Source: Acaryochloris thomasi RCC1774 (GTDB lineage: Bacteria; Cyanobacteriota; Cyanobacteriia; Thermosynechococcales; Thermosynechococcaceae). From it: a DNA stretch of 32,000 nt. This document shows, piece by piece, positions 18,130 to 25,756 of this stretch. Positions within the stretch are counted from its first letter, which is position 1, and each line of letters opens with the position of its first letter. The stretch spans positions 61,285 to 93,284 of the forward strand of contig NZ_PQWO01000018.1 in NCBI RefSeq assembly GCF_003231495.1, in the 5' to 3' direction. The notes beneath the pieces were generated by a model. It was not told the DNA's origin and searched no databases. It was given only the letters and a program-made list of their open reading frames with translations. The translations under genes were made by a program, and so were the position numbers.

Positions 18130-19390
18130 GGGTTCCCTCGTCTGTAATCTGTAAGGGTAAGTTCAGAATAAACTTGCTTCCTGAGCCTAAGGTGCTTTCA
18201 CACCGGATGGTGCCCCGAAGGTTTTGCGTCACAATGTTGTGAACAATATGGAGCCCCAAGCCACTACCGCCGCGCTCTCGAGCAGTTGTGAAGAACGGCT
18301 CAAAAATCTTTGCTTGGTGGCTCTCAGAGATACCACACCCATCATCGGCGTACTCTAAGATCACCTGCTCTTCTTGCTGATGCAATGAAAAACTGAGGTG
18401 CCCCTGCTCTCCTGGGCCATAGGCATGTCGTGTAGAGTTGATCACCAAGTTTGTCACAATCTGAGAAAGCGCTCCAGGATAACTTACCATCTTCAGCGAA
18501 ATATCTCCGTCAACGGTCGTTTGGTGTTTTGTGGCCTTAAGGTGAGGCTCTAGGCTAGTGAGCACACTGTTGATATAGGGGATGATTGTAAAGGGTCGCT
18601 TCTCAAAACTGGTCTGATCTACGGCAACTTGCTTGAAGCTTTGAATAAGCTGGGCTGCTCTGTCAAGGTTGCTCAATACGAGACGACTACTATCTGCTGC
18701 AGTTTCGAGATAGCCAGAAAGGGTTGAACGCTTTAAGCTACCTTGCTTATAGAGCTCGTCGAAGGCTTGTGTTTCATTCTGCAGCACGGACGCTGCCAAG
18801 AGGGCGTTGCCGACGGGAGTATTGATCTCATGGGCGACACCCGCTACAAGCTGGCCCAGGGCTGCCATTTTCTCCGACCGGATTAGCTCTGTCTGGGTTT
18901 CCTGTAGCTCCTGTAGGGTTTGGGTTAACTCACGGGTTCGTGCCTGTACCTTTTGCTCTAGCTGGTGCTGATACTCATAGAGCTGTTGCTCTTGGATATA
19001 GCTGTTGAGTGCTTCTCGCACAGTGAGCTGCAGGTCGGCAGGCTGCCAGGGTTTGGCGATATATCGATAGAGCTGAGCTGTATTAATCGCATTGGTTATC
19101 CCATCTACCCCTGCTTGCCCCGTTAGCATCACGGTTAGGGTTTTGGGTGAGAGTTCGTTGACCTGTCGCAGCACCTCGTCACCCTTTAGATCGGGCATCA
19201 GATAGTCAGCAATGATGACAGCCACATTGCACTGGTCCTGCACTAAATCTTTGACAAGTTCAACGGCTTCTACGCCCCCAACTGCGGTTTCTAGCTCATA
19301 GCTCTCCTCAAAGACTTCAGAAAGCTCTCGCCGCAGACTATCAAGAACGGCGGGTTCGTCATCAACGCACACGATCACAGGTTTTGACAT
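18116..19390 (-). CDS. hybrid histidine kinase: N-terminal receiver, coiled coil, DHp and HATPase_c
   Basis: REC: VCVDDE, VIIADYLMPDLKGDE (D62), MLTGQAG, AKPWQ. H-box SEKMAALGQLVAGVAHEINTPVG (His187, codon 18832-18830). HATPase: NLVINSTRHA, DDGCGIS, FEPFFTTARERGGSGLGL. Confidence 0.9.
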   Translation of the reverse strand: MSKPVIVCVDDEPAVLDSLRRELSEVFEESYELETAVGGVEAVELVKDLVQDQCNVAVIIADYLMPDLKGDEVLRQVNELSPKTLTVMLTGQAGVDGITNAINTAQLYRYIAKPWQPADLQLTVREALNSYIQEQQLYEYQHQLEQKVQARTRELTQTLQELQETQTELIRSEKMAALGQLVAGVAHEINTPVGNALLAASVLQNETQAFDELYKQGSLKRSTLSGYLETAADSSRLVLSNLDRAAQLIQSFKQVAVDQTSFEKRPFTIIPYINSVLTSLEPHLKATKHQTTVDGDISLKMVSYPGALSQIVTNLVINSTRHAYGPGEQGHLSFSLHQQEEQVILEYADDGCGISESHQAKIFEPFFTTARERGGSGLGLHIVHNIVTQNLRGTIRCESTLGSGSKFILNLPLQITDEGTHASV

Positions 19391-19393
19391 GGA

Positions 19394-19786
19394 TTACTGG
19401 GGAAGGGCCGATTGAATTGCTTGAATTAAGTCCTGCTCTTGCCAAGGCTTTGCTAGGCAGGTATGGAGGTTCGCTTGATCATGAGCTCGCTCAACCGCGT
19501 CGTGATCAGCTTGCCCTGTCAACATAATTTTAACCACGCCGGGGAAACGCTGATGGACGTCAATCAGGAGTTCGTCGCCTTTGGCTCCCGGCATTAGCCA
19601 ATCAGACACGATCACTAATAGATCTGTCCCTTCGCCCTGGAGTTCTTCGATAATTTCTAGGGCTTCGCTGGCATTCTCTGCCGTTTCGTAGAGATAGGTA
19701 TCATCGAAGGCTGTCTGGAGCTGTCGCAGTAGGCTATTGAGGATGATCGCTTCGTCATCAACGCAAAGAATCGCTAGTTTAGACAT
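19394..19786 (-). CDS. single-domain (CheY-like) response regulator
   Basis: 130 aa. LCVDDE, VIVSDWLMPGAKGDE (D62), MLTGQAD, AKPWQ. Clearly paralogous to the REC domain of the next gene. Its ATG (19786-19784) overlaps the upstream stop in an 8-nt overlap (ATGTCTAA). Confidence 0.9.
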   Translation of the reverse strand: MSKLAILCVDDEAIILNSLLRQLQTAFDDTYLYETAENASEALEIIEELQGEGTDLLVIVSDWLMPGAKGDELLIDVHQRFPGVVKIMLTGQADHDAVERAHDQANLHTCLAKPWQEQDLIQAIQSALPQ

Positions 19787-22700
19787 GATGGTTTCCGGGT
19801 TGAGGATTCATGGGTAAAGACACGATGAAGGTCGTCTGCGAGGGTATCGATTCAAAGGTGATGGTGCCTTGATGCTTATCGATGATCTTTTTGACAATAT
19901 CGAGTCCCAGTCCGCTGCCTTCGCCAGGGGGCTTGGTTGTAAAGAAAGGCTCAAAAATGTTCGCTTGGACCTCTGGAGGGATGCCACTACCGCTGTCGGT
20001 GATTTTTACCTGTGCGCTGCCGCCGAGTTCCTGCAGGCTGACCTCCAATGTGCCTTTGTAGTCCATGGCCTGTAGGGCATTGTGAATCAGATTCGTCCAC
20101 ACTTGGTTGAGTTCATCGGCATAGCACTTTACGGGAGGGATGGCATCGAGGCTACGAATTACTGTGACGCCGTGCTTGATTTGGTTCTGGTAAAGGGTGA
20201 GGACGGCTTCAATGCCATCTGTAAGGTTGACCGTCATCATTTCGCCGCTGTGGTCGTAGCGGGCGTAGGTTTTGAGGGCAAACACGATCTTGGCGGCGCG
20301 ATCGCTAGCGCTGTTGATGTCTCGGGCGCTCTCTTGCACCCGCGTAAATTGACGCGCCATTTTTAGAAGCGGTTCGCTACTCGGATTTGTCAGCAAGGGC
20401 AGTAGGGCATCGAGATCGCTGTAGATGTTCAGGTCAATAAGCAAGCTAGCCAGATCGCTGGCGTTTGCAATTTCATGGTGGCCCAGTTGCTTGGCTAGGT
20501 TTTTGCGTGCTTGACGACGCTCCCGCCCTGAGAGCTTGGTGGTTGACTGGAGCGATCGCTGGAGCAGGCTTTGAAACTGCTGCTCTTGTTCTGGGGAGAG
20601 GGTTCGAAAGAAGTGGGGGAGCGTTTGTAGGTTGTTGTGCAAGAAGTTATTGATGTACTGAATAGAGGAGCCAATGGCACCCAGGGGCGTATTAATCTCG
20701 TGGGCGATACCGGCAATAAGCTGTCCCAGAGCGGCCATCTTTTCGGACTGAACCAGTTCTTGTTGAGTGAGCTGTAGTTCTTTGACGGTTTGAGAAAGGG
20801 TTTGGGTACGCTCATCGACTTTTTGCTCTAGGTTGGCGTAGAGACGAGCGTTGTCAATTGCGATCGCAACCTGTCCCGACAGCAGCTGCAGTAGTTCTAA
20901 TCGATCGGGGGTAAAAGCACTGGTGGTTAAATTATTTTCCAGATAGACCATCCCACTGAGCTGTCCCAGGTTGAGGAGTGGCATACACAAAATTGACTGG
21001 GTCTGTCGCTCTTTGATGTAGGGATCTTGAGTGAAATCACCGGCTTGACTGGCATGGGATAAAACCACGCTCTCCTGCGTGCGGTTGACGTAGTTCAATA
21101 GCGTCTGAGGAACTTGCCCCACTATCGGTGTGGACTGGAGGACGCTATAGGTCTCAGACTCGGTGTTGGCAGAGGCCTCAATCAGGAGACCGTCGCTGTT
21201 AAGAATGAGATAGCCAACCTGGGCACCGGCATTGCGCACCAGGATTTGAATGAGAGTCATCAACAATTTGTCGAGGACAATCTCCGTTGAGATGGCCTGA
21301 GATGCCTGCAGAACAGTGGCTAAATCTAGCGATTGGCTGGTACGAACGGTGTGAGTTGCTGTGGAAGAAGAAGAAGGTCCCGATGCCGTTGTGAAGACTG
21401 CCTTAGAAAGGTTAGGGTACTGCTGTTCTAGCTGCTCGACCTTTGCGGTTGCCCCCCACCGGAAGTAGCCATAGTAGGCATCTTTCAAATAGACCTGGGC
21501 AATCTTGTCTCGATTTTGCCGCTGGTAGAACTGAGCTGCAAGTTCATTCGCAAGCGCTTCTTCTTGAGGGTAGTCGTGGGCTTGGGCCGATGTGATCGCA
21601 TGATCATAGGCCACCCCTGCCTCTGCTATTTGTCCTAAACAGCGATAGCGTTCTGCTTCGACTAGCTCATATTTATGCCGGTGGTTCTCTGGGGCATGTT
21701 CAGCCCACTGCTGCAGCTGTTGCTGGTTGGCATTGACCTGCTCTAGTGCCTGCTGCTGCTCCGATTCATAAAGGTGCTCAAAACGGGCCAGCCGAGTTAA
21801 AGAGTCATAGAAGTTCAGCACGGCAATGGTGTAGGCGGCGGTCATTCCATCGGCGTTGTTTTCTGCCAACTGTGTACAGCTTAAAGCGGTTTCGTAGTCC
21901 GCCAGTAAATAGCAGAGCATTGCTTTATGCGTGTAGAAGAAGGCCAGAGCCAGTTTGTTGTCGGCACTCTCCACCGTGACCTCGGCTTCCTGGAGAAATT
22001 CTCCGTTGAGTTTGCTTAGGTCAGAGGCTTGGCCTCTGAGGTTTGCGAGGGTCTGCTGATAAATCTTCAGGTATAGATGGCAGGCGGCTTGCTTTAGGGT
22101 TGCGATCGCAAAATTATAGGCAGCCATCCGAGTCGCTAACGCTTCTAGTTCTCGACCCGTGAGTAGACTGTGCATGGACTCCCAGCAGAGCGAGTAGCAG
22201 GCATATTCCACATCGCCTGTGTCCAAGCCGATTTGATAGCCGCTGTGAAGATCGGCAATCGTAGCGCTGAGCGGATCCTCCCAGTGACGCACAAACGCAT
22301 TGAAGACAAACATTACCCGACTTTTCGCCTGCTTGGCCTCGAACTTATCCACCACCTGCAGCGCCAAGCGCCCAAACTGGTAGCCCGAAGCAATATCGCC
22401 CACCGCCCCGCACAGCGTGATGCCGTAGCAGTCATAGGCAAAAGCCGAAGCTGCTGTATTGCCATACTCTAACGAGAGTCGAATTTGGGTGAGGTTGCTG
22501 AGAATAAACCGTTCAAAAGCGGCCTGATAGCCAGAAGATAAAATGTCCGATAAAATCTGCATTGCCGCCAGCTTTTCAGGATCCGTCATCGCAGGCAAAT
22601 CAATCAAACCTTCGATGGAGCGCTGATGCTGTAGAGCCTGAGTTCGCTGTAGCTCAAGCTGTAAATTTTCTGGCGTCGGTTCCGGGAACTGAATGCCTAG

Positions 22701-25250
22701 CTGCCCTAAAATTTCAAAACCAATATCGGTTGCTTCAAAATGTCGATTCTGAGACGAACAGGCCAGAATCTTCACCCGATAGACTTTGACTTTATCTAGA
22801 ACACAGCGGGCCTTCTGCAGAATGATTGCCGTTAGCTGCTCTTGCTTTTCGTAGTCCTGATTCAGATAGGCCGCCTCACTGGCCGCCTCATAAAGCCCCA
22901 GGGCTAATTCATAGGTGTTTTGCCAGCCATCCGGTCCTAAAAGCGTCACCCCTGTTAGTAGATAGTTCATCGCAGCTTGGTAAGCGGTTGCCGACTTCGC
23001 CTTCTGACCCGCCTGAAAATTGAGCTGCGCTAACTGCTGTCGTTCAGCCGGTTCAGAGATCAGATCGAGTGCTTGATTGAGATGATCCACGACCTCAAAG
23101 ATGCGGTCTGCCAGACCTTCTTGGGTCACGCCGTCTCTGAGCAGACGACCAATACGGAGATGAACCGGTGCTTTTTGTTCTGGGGTAATCAGGGCATAGG
23201 CAGCCTGCTGGATGCGGTCATGGCCGAAGCGAAAGCGTTCAATTGTTAAATCTGCTGTCAATTCAGACAGGGGAATCACTAAACCACACTGAATCGTCGG
23301 CTTGAGATCAGCAAAAACGGTTTTGAAAGACTTCTGTTGAATAATGGCAAGGGTCGCCAGATCAAACTGAGCGCCGACGCAGGCCGCCAGCCGCAGTCCT
23401 TCTTGGGTGGCGCTTGACAGCTTCTGGAGTTTGCCAATCAGCAGCTCAATGACGTTATCGGTCAAATCTTGGGCCTGAATCTGCTCCATGTCCCATTCCC
23501 AGAGGCGGGATGCTTCATTAAACTGCAGCAGTCTTTCACTGTGGAGACTCTTGAGAAATTCGTTGACGAAAAAGGGATTGCCTTCTGTTTTCTGAAGCAC
23601 TAATTCCGCGAGGGGATCTAGTTCAGCCTGACTGTGCTGCAGTGTATCCGTGATTAGCTGACTGAGGTGCGTCAGCGATAGGGGGGCCAGGGTAATCGTA
23701 TTGACTGTCACACTCTGGGTCTCAAAGTGGTTTAACAGGCTCATTAATGGATGCGCCGCACTGACTTCATTGTCACGGTAGGCACCGATCACAAGCAGCG
23801 ATCGCATCTTACTATCGGTCATCATTCGCTGCATCAGCTTCAGGCTGGCAGAATCAGCCCACTGCAAATCGTCTAGGAACAGCACTAGCGGATGCTCGGG
23901 ATCACAGAAAACCCGAATGAAACTTTGAAAAACCAGATTGAAGCGGTTTTGAGCCTCTGTTGGACCCAGCTCTGGTACCGGGGGCTGCTTTCCTGTAATC
24001 AGAGCTATTTCAGGGATCACATCAATGACCACCTGACCGTTTGGTCCCAAAGCTGCTAGCAAGCGCTGCCGCCACTGGGCTAGCTGGGTCTCGCTTTCCG
24101 TTAAAAGCTGTTTGGCAAGGCTGCGAAAGGCAGCAATCACTGCGGAGTAGGGCACATCCCGCTGAAACTGGTCATATTTACCGGCGATGAAGTAGCCGCG
24201 CTTCTCGGTAATGGGCTTATGGACCTCCGCCACTAGAGAAGACTTGCCAATCCCGGAATACCCTGCCACCAGCATTAATTCGCTGGTGCTGGTGGATTGG
24301 CTGATGCGCTCGAAAGCCGCCAGCAATATTGCTTTCTCGGCCTCTCGCCCATAGAGCTTTTGTGGAATCTGGAAGCGACCGGATAAATCTTGAGTGCCGA
24401 GGACGAAAGGTGCAATCTTACCTGTGCTGCGTAACTGCTCTCGGCAGTTTTCCAAATCAGCCTGGAGGCCCGCCGCGTTCTGATAGCGGTCCTCAGCCGT
24501 TTTAGCCATCAGCTTCAGCGTCAGATTAGACAAGACCTGCGGCACCGCAAGATTAATTTGATGCGGTGGCTTGGGTTGATGGGCAATATGACAGTGAACC
24601 AGTGCCAAAGCATCTTCGGTCGGGAATGGTAACTGCCCCGTCAGCAGCTCATAGAATGTAATGCCGAGAGAATAGAAGTCCGTTCGGTAGTCTAGGGAGC
24701 GATTCATCCGTCCGGTTTGCTCCGGTGACAGATAGGCCAGCGTGCCTTCTAATACCCGTGGGTTTTTGAGGGTGGGGTTCTCACGGCTCAACTGGGTTGA
24801 AATCCCAAAGTCGATGATTTTAAGCTGTCCTGAGGCTGGGTTGACAATGATATTGCTGGGATTAATATCTTTGTGAATGACGTTACGGCTGTGAATATGC
24901 CCCAGGATTTCGACAATCTTGAGAGCTAAATCTAGAAACTCCTCCAGCGGCACTGCCTGCCCTTGGAACCACTCTTTGAGGGATTGCCCTCCAATGTCTT
25001 CGAGCACCATCGCTAAAGTGCGCTGATAGGGTTCTAACCCATAAACCTGAACTGTACCTTCGATGTCAAGATTGCTCGTGATTTCATATTCTTGGCGATA
25101 GCGGGTCAGTTCGGCCGAGGTGGGATAGTCTTCTTTCAAGATTTTGATAATGACAGGCTGATCAGGGTCGCCTCGATGACCCCGATAGACTAATGAATTC
25201 GCGCTCTCATAAATGTGCTTAGTCAAATTACAGCCGACAACACCCGTCAT
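19779..25250 (-). CDS. multidomain Ser/Thr protein kinase, AAA_16/STAND-type P-loop NTPase, helical/TPR-like region, GAF and histidine kinase (HstK-like dual kinase)
   Basis: 1823 aa. STK: VIIK (K36), HKDINPSN (D128, N133), DFG (D147), LAYLSPE. P-loop: Walker A GYSGIGKS (K336, codon 24245-24243) and Walker B LVLFLDD (455-461). Long helical repeat region. GAF-like segment (about 1290-1450). Coiled coil. H-box SEKMAALGQLIAGIAHEINTPLG (His1517, codon 20702-20700). HATPase_c: NLIHNALQAM, DSGSGIP, FEPFFTTKPPGEGSGLGL. Confidence 0.9.
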   Translation of the reverse strand: MTGVVGCNLTKHIYESANSLVYRGHRGDPDQPVIIKILKEDYPTSAELTRYRQEYEITSNLDIEGTVQVYGLEPYQRTLAMVLEDIGGQSLKEWFQGQAVPLEEFLDLALKIVEILGHIHSRNVIHKDINPSNIIVNPASGQLKIIDFGISTQLSRENPTLKNPRVLEGTLAYLSPEQTGRMNRSLDYRTDFYSLGITFYELLTGQLPFPTEDALALVHCHIAHQPKPPHQINLAVPQVLSNLTLKLMAKTAEDRYQNAAGLQADLENCREQLRSTGKIAPFVLGTQDLSGRFQIPQKLYGREAEKAILLAAFERISQSTSTSELMLVAGYSGIGKSSLVAEVHKPITEKRGYFIAGKYDQFQRDVPYSAVIAAFRSLAKQLLTESETQLAQWRQRLLAALGPNGQVVIDVIPEIALITGKQPPVPELGPTEAQNRFNLVFQSFIRVFCDPEHPLVLFLDDLQWADSASLKLMQRMMTDSKMRSLLVIGAYRDNEVSAAHPLMSLLNHFETQSVTVNTITLAPLSLTHLSQLITDTLQHSQAELDPLAELVLQKTEGNPFFVNEFLKSLHSERLLQFNEASRLWEWDMEQIQAQDLTDNVIELLIGKLQKLSSATQEGLRLAACVGAQFDLATLAIIQQKSFKTVFADLKPTIQCGLVIPLSELTADLTIERFRFGHDRIQQAAYALITPEQKAPVHLRIGRLLRDGVTQEGLADRIFEVVDHLNQALDLISEPAERQQLAQLNFQAGQKAKSATAYQAAMNYLLTGVTLLGPDGWQNTYELALGLYEAASEAAYLNQDYEKQEQLTAIILQKARCVLDKVKVYRVKILACSSQNRHFEATDIGFEILGQLGIQFPEPTPENLQLELQRTQALQHQRSIEGLIDLPAMTDPEKLAAMQILSDILSSGYQAAFERFILSNLTQIRLSLEYGNTAASAFAYDCYGITLCGAVGDIASGYQFGRLALQVVDKFEAKQAKSRVMFVFNAFVRHWEDPLSATIADLHSGYQIGLDTGDVEYACYSLCWESMHSLLTGRELEALATRMAAYNFAIATLKQAACHLYLKIYQQTLANLRGQASDLSKLNGEFLQEAEVTVESADNKLALAFFYTHKAMLCYLLADYETALSCTQLAENNADGMTAAYTIAVLNFYDSLTRLARFEHLYESEQQQALEQVNANQQQLQQWAEHAPENHRHKYELVEAERYRCLGQIAEAGVAYDHAITSAQAHDYPQEEALANELAAQFYQRQNRDKIAQVYLKDAYYGYFRWGATAKVEQLEQQYPNLSKAVFTTASGPSSSSTATHTVRTSQSLDLATVLQASQAISTEIVLDKLLMTLIQILVRNAGAQVGYLILNSDGLLIEASANTESETYSVLQSTPIVGQVPQTLLNYVNRTQESVVLSHASQAGDFTQDPYIKERQTQSILCMPLLNLGQLSGMVYLENNLTTSAFTPDRLELLQLLSGQVAIAIDNARLYANLEQKVDERTQTLSQTVKELQLTQQELVQSEKMAALGQLIAGIAHEINTPLGAIGSSIQYINNFLHNNLQTLPHFFRTLSPEQEQQFQSLLQRSLQSTTKLSGRERRQARKNLAKQLGHHEIANASDLASLLIDLNIYSDLDALLPLLTNPSSEPLLKMARQFTRVQESARDINSASDRAAKIVFALKTYARYDHSGEMMTVNLTDGIEAVLTLYQNQIKHGVTVIRSLDAIPPVKCYADELNQVWTNLIHNALQAMDYKGTLEVSLQELGGSAQVKITDSGSGIPPEVQANIFEPFFTTKPPGEGSGLGLDIVKKIIDKHQGTITFESIPSQTTFIVSLPMNPQPGNHHV

Positions 25251-25605
25251 TCATCTGTCCTTAAACGCCGAAAGAGTATCTGGCCTCAGCAAAGCTATGG
25301 ATATTTGGCGTTGAGATCGCAGTCTTTTTGATCAGACTTAGCTAAACTCTCCGTGCAAATACTGAATTAGCAGGCCAGCTCTATAGTGGACGGCTGAAGC
25401 AGCAAACCTGACATCTAAGTCTACTTTTGTGATGTTGCCATGACGAAGTATTGAGCTGAATCTGTAAATTCTCTCAATTCGTTGGCGTTACGGCGATCAA
25501 GAGGGACTGAATAAACGGCATGCTGCCCGTCAGAAACGACAGTCTGTTAAACAAACAAGCGACCTTTACAACTGTTTGAATTCGGGGAACAGAGACAGGG
25601 GAAAT

Positions 25606-25709
25606 TTTTCGATCAAGATTGCTCAGAGACTGGGAACACTGAGTTTGAGAAACGGCACCTCAACGATTTTGACGATTGTGAGATTCACAAGACCCTAGTT
25701 TTCGATCAA
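25606..25709. promoter_or_regulatory. pair of 11-nt direct repeats TTTTCGATCAA (25606-25616 and 25699-25709) in the divergent kinase/lipoxygenase intergenic region; candidate operator
   Basis: Read directly. A shorter third copy, CGATCAAGA, lies at 25494-25502. The protein that would bind it is unknown. Confidence 0.25.
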
Positions 25710-25756
25710 AGATGTGCCTCTGCTTTCTTCTGTTTCCCAACGTGAGTAACTGATAC

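Noticed and set aside
19779-25250. Interpreting the STAND/AAA_16 P-loop giant as an anti-phage NLR-like defence protein
   Set aside because: It is fused to GAF and histidine-kinase modules and is translationally coupled to three receiver proteins and a GGDEF enzyme. There is no nuclease, TIR, protease or other effector domain and no mobile-element context. A signalling role is far better supported.
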